The notes beneath the pieces are model-generated. The model did not search any database. It was not told where the DNA came from and saw only the letters and a program-made list of their open reading frames with translations. The position numbers and the translations under genes are program-made. From contig CAXNAA020000025.1 in NCBI GenBank assembly GCA_964200075.2, forward strand, positions 1 through 34,679: a stretch of 34,679 bases of DNA, read 5' to 3'. Origin of the DNA: Sphacelaria rigidula (Eukaryota). Positions 1 to 12,530 of the stretch are shown piece after piece; within the stretch, counting starts at the first letter, position 1, and each line of letters starts with the position of its first letter.

Positions 1-2
1 CG

Positions 3-380
3 GTGCTAGACAGGGAAATATCGAAATATTTTGATATTTTTGAAGGAGTCGCACCAGGATGTACGTTATCACCCTCTCTAACCGAGGTATTCTTCGATGA
101 CCTGATACAAGCATGAGACACGGCAGAGCGAGGGGTGAAAATGATTAAACAACTGGAGACAGTGCAACTGGCCGCAGCTAAGAGAATACTTTGATGCGGA
201 AACGGTGCAAATGGCAGCAAAGAAAAGAATACTTGGATGCAATAAAAATAGTGAAGATGCAAACAGTACAGAGTGCAACAGCTCACAAACTACTTGGATG
301 AAGTGAAGTTGGTGAAGGAGTTGGGGAACAGTGCAGATTACAGCAGCGAGGGGAATTACTTGGACGCTCGAAACAAATAG
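3..380 (+). mobile_element. Degraded non-LTR (LINE) retrotransposon ORF2 fragments
   Basis: Frame from nt 3 reads VLDREISKYFDIFEGVAPGCTLSPSLTEVFFDDLIQA*, matching the LINE RT motif GVxQGxxLSPxLF. It is followed by KQLETVQLAAAKRIL-like post-RT segments and contains in-frame stops. Confidence 0.75.
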
Positions 381-2131
381 GTACGCTCCCCCCCCTTTTG
401 AAGTCTTTCCCTTTTCCCCACCCGTCAGTGCCTGAAACAACGTAGAGTTTTCGACAATCCAACATGGCCGTCCCCCTCGGTTCTCGAATCCTGTGAAACT
501 GTAGACATAATAATGGCGAAAATAAAATAGGCAAGGTATGCTAAGTAAAAAATATAAGAATGAGGTACGTTGTACTAAATATACCGAGACAAAGCACAGA
601 AATGACAAGAAACATGCCCTCACACGCATGAGTTGTACATTGATGCTAATTTTGCAAGAGTCTAGTTCGTATGCCATATCCTAGCTGAGCCACCATGAGA
701 CGACCGGATTGTGGTGGTGAAGTCTTGCTGCATTTATACGGCACAAGAGTTTGACAGCATAAGGAGAGCGCGCGTTTACCTACATCGAACAGCAATACTG
801 TTGGCTTTCCTACTTATTTAGAATATCGGTCAGCAGGGCGACTAGAATGCTACGCTCGTGGACAAATTGTCCAAGGTACCTAGTGGTTTTAGAAACGCGC
901 GTAGTTTTTCGATTGTATGGACGTGGCGTCTGAGTAATTGCGTTGCATTCGGAGGGGGCTGGTTGTATGCCGGTATTATCGATCAACAGGCTAAGGAACC
1001 TGTGGGACCCTGCAGTAAAGATATATTTGGCGAACTTGGCGAATTTTTTTACTGAACGCAAAATCGTGTAGTCGACAAACTTTGCCGGGGAACGTTGGGT
1101 GAGCAACACCTCGGTCAAGAAGCTTGTGCATTTCTTTTCTGATCATACAGCGTTCTCATGGTGGGGAACCGCGTTGTTTTGTGGCAAAGGGTGTGCACGC
1201 GAGACAACAACCCGCAAAACATATTGAACTCGTGCTTCGTCCCCCCCAAGGGGGTCCAGCGACCATGTCAGCGACATAAGTGTCTAAAAACTATATGTAG
1301 AGCCTGTAAGGACCGTTTGAAAAATATATAGTCGCGCAGTCAACTTGCATGGTAGGCTGGGCATTAAAGGCAAAAAGGCAAAATAGGGTACCTACGTACG
1401 TCTGCGTACTGAAAAATTAATGACAAGGCAATCCACGGAAAGATGAGTGGCAGCATAATATCGAAAACCAAGTTTGAAGCAACTGAACAATGTATTTTCA
1501 ACTACGGTACCGCGAAGGAACAAGGTAGTATCCAACTACGGTACAGAATGCGTCAAGAAGTCAACCTGGTGAATAGCAAACCATACAATCGATCACCAGT
1601 GTGGGATAAAATGGGGATTCTACTTGGTGGCACCAAGGTAATGACCCTGCTACCAGAATGCTATGAAAAGGTACCCGGGATTAGCTAAACCAAACCAAAT
1701 TGCACCAAACCAAATTGCAAACACTCCACGCGGGAACATACCGTCGTTGGCAAACCGTTCAGTGTTTCCTGCGTGTCCTCCCCAACGCAATGACGTTTAG
1801 CGCCGGCTCCCTCAGCGGGATGCGACACCCCCAGGACAAGCGTGTGGGTGAACAAGGGCGGAAGTAATAGAGGGCGTGGTTAGTATACGTTGGAAGTCTT
1901 GGGGTACATGAAAATATGGCTCGGTTTTATACCACGTGACGCAGATCGAAATGTCGTGTGGCGGGCGGTGAATTCGGCGTTTCGGCCTTGCGAATCAGAT
2001 AGATGAAACGATTACCCGCGGAATCTTGCTCAAGCATGATGAGTACAGGCAGCGCAAAAGACAAGGCCCTGCAGACAGCCTGCACCCGCGCCGTAAAAAA
2101 AAAACATCGCGAGCGCCAAACACTATACAAA

Positions 2132-2372
2132 ATTACCGGAACATAAAATGAAAAATAGTGCAGCTCGAAAGAGCAAGACGACGGCGGCGTAAATGATGAG
2201 ACAATCGAAAATAAAATTCAAAATTTCCACAACATGAAATAAAAATAGTGCAGCTCGAAAGGGCGAGACGACGGCGGCGCAAATGATGAGACAAACAAAT
2301 TAAAATACAAAATTTCCCGAACACGAAATGAGAAATAGTGCAGCTCGAAAGAACAAGACGACGGTGGCGCAA
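2132..2372 (+). repeat. Tandem repeat, 90-bp period, about 2.6 copies
   Basis: aaatagtgcagctcgaaag...gacgacggyggcg recurs at about 2153, 2243 and 2333. Confidence 0.9.
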
Positions 2373-2911
2373 AATTATAAAGTACTCAAAGTACCATTGA
2401 GGGGCTCAAAAGACAGTCATGATACACGCGGCACCCGGAGATGCAGACAATATGAGTATGTAAAATGAAAGAAAAGCAAACAAGATTGAAGTAGAAATGG
2501 AAGCTTTACTGCCTGCGCATTCCACAAATCCTCACGGCCACAATATAAATGACACCCCGGAAACAAAGTACATACTGACCATGGTGGGTTGTTCTACAAT
2601 AAAACTACCGGGATAATATAGAGAATGTCCAGAACACGATCACTGCTGGTAAGGTACAGCGATGATGCCATGGCTGACCAGGTGTAGATCATGCGAAGGT
2701 GATACAATGCACGCAACAATGACGAAATAAAAACTGTGCGATCAGATCGAAGCAAGGTTATGAAGAACATGAGGGCGGAGAATGCACGTGCACATGACAA
2801 CATGCGGTGTGATGGTGAGCGAGAAAAGTACAGCCGACAGTAGGCGGTAGAGGCAAAAACAACACAAGCGGTACAAAAACAGCCAACCTGAGCAGCAGGA
2901 AGCACGGTGGA

Positions 2912-2981
2912 AACAGCAGCAGCAGCAACAACAACATACGACAACAACAACAACATACGACAACAACAACAACAACATACG

Positions 2982-3032
<51 letters not shown>

Positions 3033-3069
3033 TACGACAACAACAACAACATACGACAACAGAAACAGC

Positions 3070-3154
<85 letters not shown>

Positions 3155-3239
3155 GCAACATAGCAGTAGCAACAACAACAACATAGCAGCAGCAGCAGCA
3201 GACAGCAGCAGCAACAGCAGACAGCAGCAGCAGCAGCAA

Positions 3240-3270
<31 letters not shown>

Positions 3271-3310
3271 AACACCCAGCAGCAACACACAGTGGCAACA
3301 ACCAACAGCA
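2912..3310 (+). repeat. Compound (CAA)n/(CAG)n microsatellite
   Basis: Long CAA runs interrupted by CATACGA, grading into CAG and CAACGA units. Confidence 0.97.
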
Positions 3311-3446
3311 CACAGCGGCGGCACGGCAGCGACTTTCAGGAGAGGAGGATCGGTCCTAGGAAAGTTGGTTATGAAAGGTGCTGTCGTTAATCGAGGCAAC
3401 CGCAGTACTGAACAGTACGGGCAGCCGCGGGTTCAAAACGAATTTT

Positions 3447-3704
3447 TAAATTCCCGGCCAACCGATTCACACAAATAGTAGCAGGTGAGATCCCGACTAA
3501 AAGGGATGAAAGTAACGCTATGCAGGGGAAGCCACTCGAGTGTGCGGGTAGGCAGCAACGGCGAACAACGTCTCTTAAATTCCCGGCCAACCCATACACA
3601 CAAATAGTAACAGGTGAGATCCCGACTAAAAGGGATGAAAGTGACGCTATGCAGGGGAAAGCCACTATACTGTGCGGGTAGGCCCCAACAGCGAACAACG
3701 TCTC
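3447..3704 (+). repeat. Direct tandem duplication, about 129 bp x 2
   Basis: taaattcccggccaacc...gagatcccgactaaaagggatgaaagt...gcgaacaacgtctc at 3447 and 3576. Confidence 0.92.
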
Positions 3705-4149
3705 GTCACCACTAAAAGGTGCATTTCAGGGGAACAGACGCGTGGGGACCTCGGTGTAACAATTTAGGCACACATGGTGATGACAATCGTTTATCGGTAA
3801 AACCTCATGTGGTCAAAGTTGGGTACCGTACATGCAGCAGAGTGGGAAACTACGCGAGTGGGGAACTAGTGGGAAACTACTAGTGACTTCACATGCCGGT
3901 GTAAGCGGCATTACGCGCACATGAGGGCCAAACAGGCAATGCGATAGCCAGCAGGGTACAACTACCCATGGGCGGGAAAGTTAAAAAAATCGCAACGCCT
4001 CAGGCGTGACAGGAACTGCAGAGCAGCATAACAAAATTGCATTGTTCTTTAGGCGGCACGGTCACCACACAGCAGGGTAACAGTCAGTACAGCGGAAACA
4101 GCCGCGGCAACTGCAACATGAAAGTTTGTAGTGGCCACACAAGCGACAG

Positions 4150-4385
4150 CAACACAGCAAAGCAGCAGCACAATAACAAAAACAAAGGATAACGACGAAC
4201 CGCAGCAACCCAACAACGGACAGCCACAGACGGTAGCGGCAGCTCAGTAACAAAAACAAGGGACAACAACGAACTGCAGCAACCAAAACAACGGACAGCC
4301 ACAGACGGAAGCAGCAGCACAATAACAAAAAAATCAAAGGACAAAAACGAACCGCAGCAAACAAACAACGAACAGCCACGACGAG
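4150..4385 (+). repeat. Tandem repeat, about 75-77 bp x 3
   Basis: acggacagccacaga at 4216 and 4291, variant at 4368. Confidence 0.85.
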
Positions 4386-6469
4386 GGATGACAACAACGC
4401 TGGCGTACAGCTTCCGGAGCTGTCTGGAATTTGCTGTCCCAAAACACCCCGACGTAGTTGTAGGTCCTCTGGTTCGGTGACTCGTGCAATTCTCGTTCAA
4501 CCGTATTGCCTTTCAATTGTTTTGGCTAGGTTATTTCACTTTTGCTTTGAACGTCTGCAGTGGCGCGCTGATGGACCATCCCTGATGAACTCGTAACGCA
4601 GTGCAACGCGGCGGGCAACAACGCAATACCACAAACAAACAGGACGACAAAGCCTACCTAGTCCACTCTACTGTTCCGCGTAATTGTGGTACAAGCATAT
4701 CCTGGTGCGGTTGTTTTTGCTATTGCAAACAGTGAGTGCACGCTACTGTGCAGCAGCGATTTGTGTTGTTTCGCACTCATGGAGAGAAGGGCGTTTGTTG
4801 CTGTGTGGATTTTCTCTTCGTTTGTGTAAGGCACACTATTTACCATATATTAGTCTAGTGACACGACAAAATGAAATCTCGAACCTCCCCAAACAAAAAA
4901 TTTTACGGAGGCGCATGCTACGCCTTTGGGGGTCATGCCGGAGTTGACTCTACACAAGCACGGATGGACACCATGTCATGGCTCGATACTCTAGCTGGGA
5001 ATGGTGCCAGTTCAGTGGGCACCAGGCTAGCTGCTCAAACACAATCATTAGTTTCGAAGCCATTGAGCTCGATTTACTAGGTGGGAGTCAACCCACACAC
5101 CAATGACCAGGCGCCATGCCCATGGTTCACGCCGGAGACAAGACCCATATGGCTCATGCAATGCGGGCTTACATTGGTGAAGGCCAAAGGCTCCTCTCAG
5201 ATAGCAGTCCGAGATAGTGTTGATGCTTCTTGTATTATTGGCAACCGGCTGATGGCTGCTACGTGTGCGTTGAGATGAGTTCCCAAAAGACTGTGGCCAA
5301 GTAGGGGGGGACTGTCGAAATCAAACAGACTCAGACTGGCCCATGACCTGTCGGGCTAGACAACGCAAGAGTATGACACATGGAATCTACTCGACTGGAT
5401 CATAACCGATAAATCCGGAACATCCCCCCAGCCTTTTAATAAGGCTAAGCGAAAGAAATGTGGGAAACGAAGCCTGTGCATCAACATAGTCCAAAACGCT
5501 GTGACCCAAAAGGGGCGGCCAGGTCAATTGAATCAAACAATGTAGCATGACCCATCAGGTACAAAGCCTGACAAAGTATGACAAATGGAACCCTGTCGAC
5601 TGGAACATGACCAATAAATCTGTAACACACCACCTGCGGACATGAAGCATGAAAACCACGGGACTGTAGTTCATACCAGGGCTCACGGCAGTAGACGCAC
5701 TACGCGTTAGCGATTTCACCACCAACCCATCCACACGTGGTAGGTCGGCCATGCCTCATACGCGCTTGAGTATCCATAGGCCACAAATATGTGAATATGT
5801 GAACGTGCGAAGAAGAAAATATCATTTTGTAGAAAATTGAAAGATATACCGTGTACGTCGCCCTGGTACAGGCAGGCTCAAGAACAGCAGTCCAAAACAC
5901 CCATAAAAGTCACCCACCGCGTTCAATCGCATTTGATCATTATTACCGACCATCGCGTTCGATCATGCCTACCGAAAAACAAGCCGCCGGGGATCACTAC
6001 CCGTGCAGAAAAACAGACTGGCGCGCTGGCCTCGCCCAAGCTCAAGCCCGACGTACGGTGGAAGTGAAGACAAGGGTCGTCTCAAAAGTGCCCCCATCAC
6101 TTTTCAAAACATCACTCGCGGAGAAGTGATGCCACCACAACGACCAGTGATGAGTTTTATCGACAAGCAGTTATGTTGAGATCGAAGCCAAGATCTGCGC
6201 ATGCACGTCTGGGTTCTTCCAAGTTTTTGAATTTGCGCCTTTCATTGAATACTGGACTGGTTTCCGTCAAACAAAGGCTGTCGTGTGTGGATAATGAGGT
6301 ATCACTTGAATGATGCGCGTGAGTGGTGCGTGTCTGTGCGTGTTTTTCTCAGGGCTGGGTGTGTAGGTGTTGTGCTCCGTTGTTGCATCTTGTCGGCAGA
6401 ATTACACTGACCTTGGACCTGGTTGGACTAACGATCAATACCACACCCGCGCTGCAATTCTCACTCTGC

Positions 6470-6735
6470 ATGCAGACCTGGGTTAGAAGTTGTTGCATTC
6501 GAATACAGTCCGTCTTCAGTTTTCGAGCGGTGTATGAAATCAGCCGAAGGACTCAAACATGGGACATGTCTTGTCCCATTGTACTTCAGCACAAACACTG
6601 CGTGTAGATCTGGGTGAGAAGTTTTTGTATTTTATTACAGCCCGTCTCAAGGTTTCGAGCGGTCAGGATGCTGTGATTTTGCAACAAGAGAAGCTGATAC
6701 TTCCTGTGTATACAGTCCGTCTTCAGGTTCTAAAG
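6470..6735 (+). repeat. Degenerate tandem repeat (about 130-bp period)
   Basis: gaYctgggtNagaagtt at about 6474 and 6606; tacagYccgtct at about 6504, 6636 and 6711. Confidence 0.6.
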
Positions 6736-6882
6736 CCAAGAAACAGTGCAGAACTGCCGTGTTGTCTGGTGTTGAGTGTACATCTCTGTACTTCATATAC
6801 CACTGCAGAGTTGTCTTGTGCTGAGTGACCACCCTGTACTCCAGTTCATGGGGTCATCTTTTGAGCCGTTCCTGAACAGTTC

Positions 6883-7158
6883 CAAGGGTCAGACAAAAAA
6901 ATATTCGTCTGGATACTACTTGGTTCTAGTATCATGAGTCGACTCGTGACGAATCAATCTCTAGGCTTTATTTCAGCGTTGCAAGCCAGGTACACGCAGC
7001 CNNNNNNNNNNGTACACTCATCCCAGACACGTGTGACGGCGCAAAAGTTGCGTGGATACCCCTTGAACCAGCGATCAACCTTCTTCTCCCTCTTGGGCAA
7101 TCAGATCGAAGAAATCGTGAATTTGGTGATTTTGAGTCGTATTTTCGTCCTAACCGTG
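6883..7158 (+). mobile_element. MITE family A copy 1 (contains an N gap)
   Basis: Ends caagggtcagac and ttcgtcctaaccgtg; internal ggcgcaaaagttgcgtgg shared with copies at 14117 and 18953. Confidence 0.8.
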
Positions 7159-8688
7159 AAAAGTTCTGTTTATTAAAGTTCTCGAAAAGCTCTGCTGGTT
7201 TTTCTGTCACAGAAATCCTATACCGGATATGGAATAGCCTGAGATAATTACCAATTTGAAAATTGGAATTGGGAGCCCCTGAACCCGACAAGATTTCGCG
7301 AAAAAAGTGCTTTCCTACCGTAGCAGTGCTCGAGAGTTTCGGAAGATGTACTTTTCTCATCATAGTTCAGAGTCCAGAGTGGAAGCTTTGAAGCTTCAGA
7401 GTGGATGCTTAAAAGTTCATAGCAGCAGCTGATGCGACGTACCTGGCGTAACTATATTTTGTCGCAGTGATTACCCGCAGGTTGCCCCGCCAAATGTACG
7501 ATCGACCAGCGACCAGTTCGGAAATGCGTAGGTCGGCACAGCACTGACCGTACCGTGCCCTGTGGTACCGCGTTTACGGTACACTACGCTTCACTGCACC
7601 TGCCGTGAGTCACTCCATTATCACGCACTGCACGACACTGTAGTGCTGTGCAGTGTGGAGTACAGAGAGTGCAATGCAAAACCCTACAACAGTGCATTGC
7701 GGTACGGTGAACTACAGCGCAAAGATATTACGCTTCTCCCGATCATGCAGGCGATTCACTTCAAAACTATTTCTCCATTATGTGTGACGTTGAGAAAGCG
7801 ACTTCACTCACCGTCATAACTGCACACAAAAAAAACAAGCACGTTCCACAGTGTCATAGTATAGCGTACACTTCACGTCAAATACACATCACCTTGGGCA
7901 CCAGCGGGCACCCACGGAACAAACGGGTTTGTGATCCTTCACAAGAAAAAAACAGGGAAATAAAACGACAGCACCAACATGGAGGAAACAGAGAAGTAAA
8001 TATGTAAATCATTTATACCGGGGAAGCGAGACGAGGCCAAAGATCGTTCGACACAACATCGCCGACGCGGATCACCCCGAGATTTCTCGTCTCCTCACCA
8101 ATCGGTCCATTCCTTACGAAATATTTTCACGGCAGCTGCTCAATACGTCACGTGCCCCCACCCTTCCTCAAACGGGAAAAGCTGTGGAGGGATGAACGGC
8201 CTAACCGACAGCAAAACGCAATTCAAATGTCGCGACCTACGTCGCGACACAAAGCTGTGCTTCCAAAACAGCATCATGTTACACTCACAATCGATCACAC
8301 CAGTACCGCTGGGGGAAAATATACCAAAATAGAGCAACCCTCAATTTTGCGTGCAACTCCTGAAGCTCGGACGCTAATACCATGTGAATTGTGGATTGAC
8401 CAAGGTCGAATCCAACTCCACTCTGTCTGGCTCGCCTCAACTTCCTTCTCTCCGCCCTTCGCATGATGCTCGTTCGTGGTGACTGAAGAACTACTACACA
8501 CATGCCTCTCCCCCGTGCCCACACACAACTCGAGTGTCCCCACAAAATTTGAAAAGTACTGTTATCATCACACGGAAAATCTCACCTCCAGTACAATCCA
8601 CTAGAAGTGGAAGACGCCTAGAATAGTCCCACTTCCAACTCTTGGAAACAACACACAAGAAATTACTCAACAACCAACAGCTCCCATT

Positions 8689-8851
8689 TTACTTGAGCGG
8701 CTGCTTAGGTTGAGATTTCCCGATGCAGTAAACCTCGAACCCGATCTTGCGGAGAGCCTCACTGTCTACTACGCCACGGCCGTCAAATACGAACGCGGGC
8801 TTGGCCATGCCCCTGTAGATGCGCTCGTAGTCCAATGTCTTGAACTCGTCC
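8689..8851 (-). CDS. UGDH: UGDH last exon ((W)[25 protein letters not shown]...QPLK*)
   Basis: CAG acceptor, phase matches exon 10, TAA stop at 8691-8689. Confidence 0.95.
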
Positions 8852-11800
8852 CTGTTCTCCACAATACCACAAGGAAGCAGCGGGAAGTAGCAGTTACATA
8901 TCCAGGAGGTCGATACCAGGGGAGCGGATGGGTTGGTCTCTCGAGAGTACGGGCTCGGGTTCGTCTCGAGGAGCGGCAAGTTGACAGGTATGTCAAGAGG
9001 AAGGGAAGATAGGCACCTTGCCACAACCTCACTGTAGAAATCGTCATGATTGGTCTCCATAGCAAGTTTCATCTCAAACCCGAGCACTTGTCCTGCAGGT
9101 AGCCTTGGCTCATAAAAGCTCCGTGAGGGCATACATCTACTGTCCTGTACGCTATAAACCGGTGCCGACCCCGGAGCCTACCGGTTATAACCGCAAAAAA
9201 CAGGGGATGAAAAACGCCCATCCCGGGGTTTCCAACCCTGTTTCTTTCATTGGCTTTACACTTTATACCGCTTTTAATGTGGGTGGACCGCCTCCAAATG
9301 GAGCGTTTTGGCGTGGTGACTGCCAGTTGTTTGCGATGTGATGGTTTTCCCCCTGTACAAGGGAAAGGTAGTGTGTGTGTTTTTCATCTTTTGTCGCCCC
9401 AGAAAAAAGTAAAGCACGCTCGTTTAGTGTTCCATGTTTCATAATTCATATTTGGGTAGGGTAGGTTGCGTGCATGGCTCATACCACTTCATTAGCTCCA
9501 TAGCTTGCCAGCCTTGAACAAAAAAAAACGGTCAACTTCGAAGTATACGCAACCAAACAACAAACAAGCTGATCACGCCCCACAGAAGTCAACGCGTTTT
9601 CCTTCGCTGAAGGCAAGGGCGCGGACAACTCCTTTCCCTCTCCACCCTTCCCAAGATCAAGGAGCCCGAGAAATCAGATGCTTCGCGCCCATCGGTAGGA
9701 CCCTCCAGAGTCAAGGGGTTTCAAAAGCGATGCCCACGCGGGTGAAGCCATGTGGTCTGCTGTCTGGTGTGTAAGTCTATGTGTCCATGGTCTGCTGTGG
9801 TGTGGGACTGAGCACCGCAGAGCGCTGAATGTAGTATGTAATAGCCTGCGGTGAGGGGGCCCTGCAGAGTACAAAATAACCCCAAATTTCGGCGGAACCT
9901 ACCCGGGTAACCCGGAACCGGTTCCAGGTTATGGACATCCCTGCTTCATGTGGCGACAATGGCGAAAATAAAAACGAACCCAAGGGTCGGAAATCCCAGC
10001 TTCTCATTGTGCTCGGCTTTCTTTATTTCGATTTACATGAAGATTTTACCTTCCCAAACCAGCCGCTTCTTTTTCTCGGGGGGGGGGCTGTCGTAAAAAG
10101 ACTAATTCGCTGTTATACAAGAAAAAGAAACGTGCTCATCCTTCGAAACATAGCTATGGTTCAAAAAGATGAGGATGCGCTACTCAGTATCGAGTAATGT
10201 ACAACATTGGTACGTGTCTGACGAACCCATGTTTCAAAAAATTTCACGCTTCGTTTAATCTGAAGGGGCTCACACTCACCACTCGGTCAAGATAGCCAAG
10301 GCATGCGCCCCGTCCGCTGCTGAGTACGCATCCTTGCAAGTCTTGATCTTTTGCCCCCCAACACCAAGTAGAAAAGAAAAAAAAGCAACAAATGAAAAGA
10401 GGTCAGCACATTCAAAGGGTCCGTGAATTTTCTACACCAGCGTCGAAACAGACACCAGGGCACCCAGTGTTCTCAGGTGAGAGATAGGGCAAAAAGGTAG
10501 ATATATATTATATATATATAAATATGCATTTTTCACATGAGTTGTGGGAGAGAAAAAAACGAACAAGCAAAAGTAACCATTGCATACACAAATCCACTCA
10601 GAGCTTCCAAAATGGAGACGAGCACTTCGTACGGCGAACCCTTCGACGGGAAATACACGTACAACTATCATCACATGGGTAAACCACGTGATTCGACAAA
10701 TCGACACTGCTCGGCAGTCTCCGAGTAAGCTGCAGGGCGTCGCCGGCATGGAGTAGCAAAACCACGGGTAACATGACCAACATGACGGTAAAGTCCCAGA
10801 GAAAAAGACGGGCTCAACTGTGGCAAGGAGCCTTTCTTAAAAAACGGTGGGAAATAGGCGTGTCCACGGCCGAAAAAAATGAAAATAAAAGAGACTCCAA
10901 GGCCACGGCCTGCGGGAGAGTATACCAGAAGATCAGTGCCTCGTCACATCTCGCCTCACGTACGCACTCTCACCGACTCCTCCAACTTCGGCGTGTTGTC
11001 CTTGTTGATATTGCAGGTGTAGTCGAACTCGACGAACATCTGCTCTCGCTTAACCTGAGGGTCGTATACTTGTACCCGCGCTTGCTCCTCGAGCAACGCC
11101 TGGCACACGAACACCTGTGGCAATTTTGTTGTCGGTTGTTCGATAAAGGATCAAATGAACGCCCCAGAGAGAACGAAAAAGCAAGCGCTCGGACGGTCGG
11201 ACACATGAAACGAGCAATATACAAGAGTGACAACAACAAAAAACAACAAAAACGCGTTCCTGATTCGTGTCAACAAACGGAAGGAAACTCCACAGCAGAC
11301 TCGAAAAACTGGAAGAAAAAAAACAAATCGACAGGACAGGGCAGGACAGGGAGGGTGTTCCAACACATGAAAAAATAAGAAGAATTAAGGAAAATAAAAA
11401 CATACCGCGGGTGTCTCCCTGGTGTCTCCCGTGTCCTTCTTGAAGGCGAAGCCGAGCACCGCAATCTTCTTGCCCGTTACGGTGTTGAACATGCGTCGCA
11501 CCATCAGTTTTGTGAAACGGGACTTCTGGTAGTCGTTCATGACGATCACCTTCATGTTCCGATTTTTTTCACGGCAGAGCGGACGGGCAACAAATAACGG
11601 CAGCGGGGTTACTGCGGGCTCATCACAAGAGAACCTCCGGTCAGCTGACTATTTTAGTCCTGGTTCTGTAGGTGGCTCAGTCAAAGTTTGACGACACAGT
11701 TCTTGAAAAGAGCAGATCGAACCGATAAAAAGTGCTCGTTACGAAAATATCCGCACTCCATCCTCTGGTCTGCTCTCTTGGCTGACGATCATCGACCCCG

Positions 11801-12466
11801 AAATAGCCACCACAATCGGGACTCTGAGCAGCTGTAGCAATGCCCGTGTTCGTGACCCTCCGAGTGGTCCAGCCACCTGCAGAATCACGAACACGGGCGA
11901 ATGCTCCAGCTGCCCAAGGTCCAGATTTTGCGGGTGGCCCAGTACGGGTTCGACGGCAATCAGTGTCGTCGAGAGAGCAGACCAGAAGACCAACTGAGAT
12001 GAATAGTTGAGTTATATACTACTTTCGGTCACATTTCTCTCCGCTTCCTTGAAAGACGGGGTGTAGTCGAACCTGAACTGGGCCGCCTGCAGTATCGGCA
12101 GCCCAAGTCGGGCTGCTGATTTCCTGATTTCGCAGGCTGCCCAGTCCAGGTTCGACGACACCCCGTCTTTCAAGGGAGCGAAGAAATGTGACGAAAGCTA
12201 GCATGGTATCTCTACTATTCACCTTACTTGATCTTCTGACCGGGATGGGACGATATTGTGTTTGGATGTGGTTTGGCGTCTCTTCCAATCCAATTCCTCT
12301 CTACTCTTGCTATCTTGTTGAGCATGAATCTAGCTGCGCGGGGTAATGATTCCGTCGGGGGGGGGGGGGGGGGGGGGAAGAGGTAATCTCGATAACAGGG
12401 GGGGGGCCAGAAGCTCAAGGGAGGGGAACAGCAGCGCAACTAACTTTGGNNNNNNNNNGGGGGGGT

Positions 12467-12530
<64 letters not shown>

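Noticed and set aside
78..677. 199-aa minus-strand ORF
   Set aside because: Antisense to the LINE relic and A-rich sequence; no recognisable domain.
2132..2372. CRISPR-like repeat-spacer appearance
   Set aside because: The 'spacers' are homologous to each other, the context is eukaryotic, and there are no cas genes; it is a simple tandem repeat.
2594..3399. Long poly-C/L/V/Q/T ORFs on both strands
   Set aside because: Stop-free reading frames produced by the CAA/CAG microsatellite; no domain evidence.
7530..7720. CACTG/CAGTG-rich stretch
   Set aside because: Degenerate pentanucleotide low-complexity sequence with no further structure.
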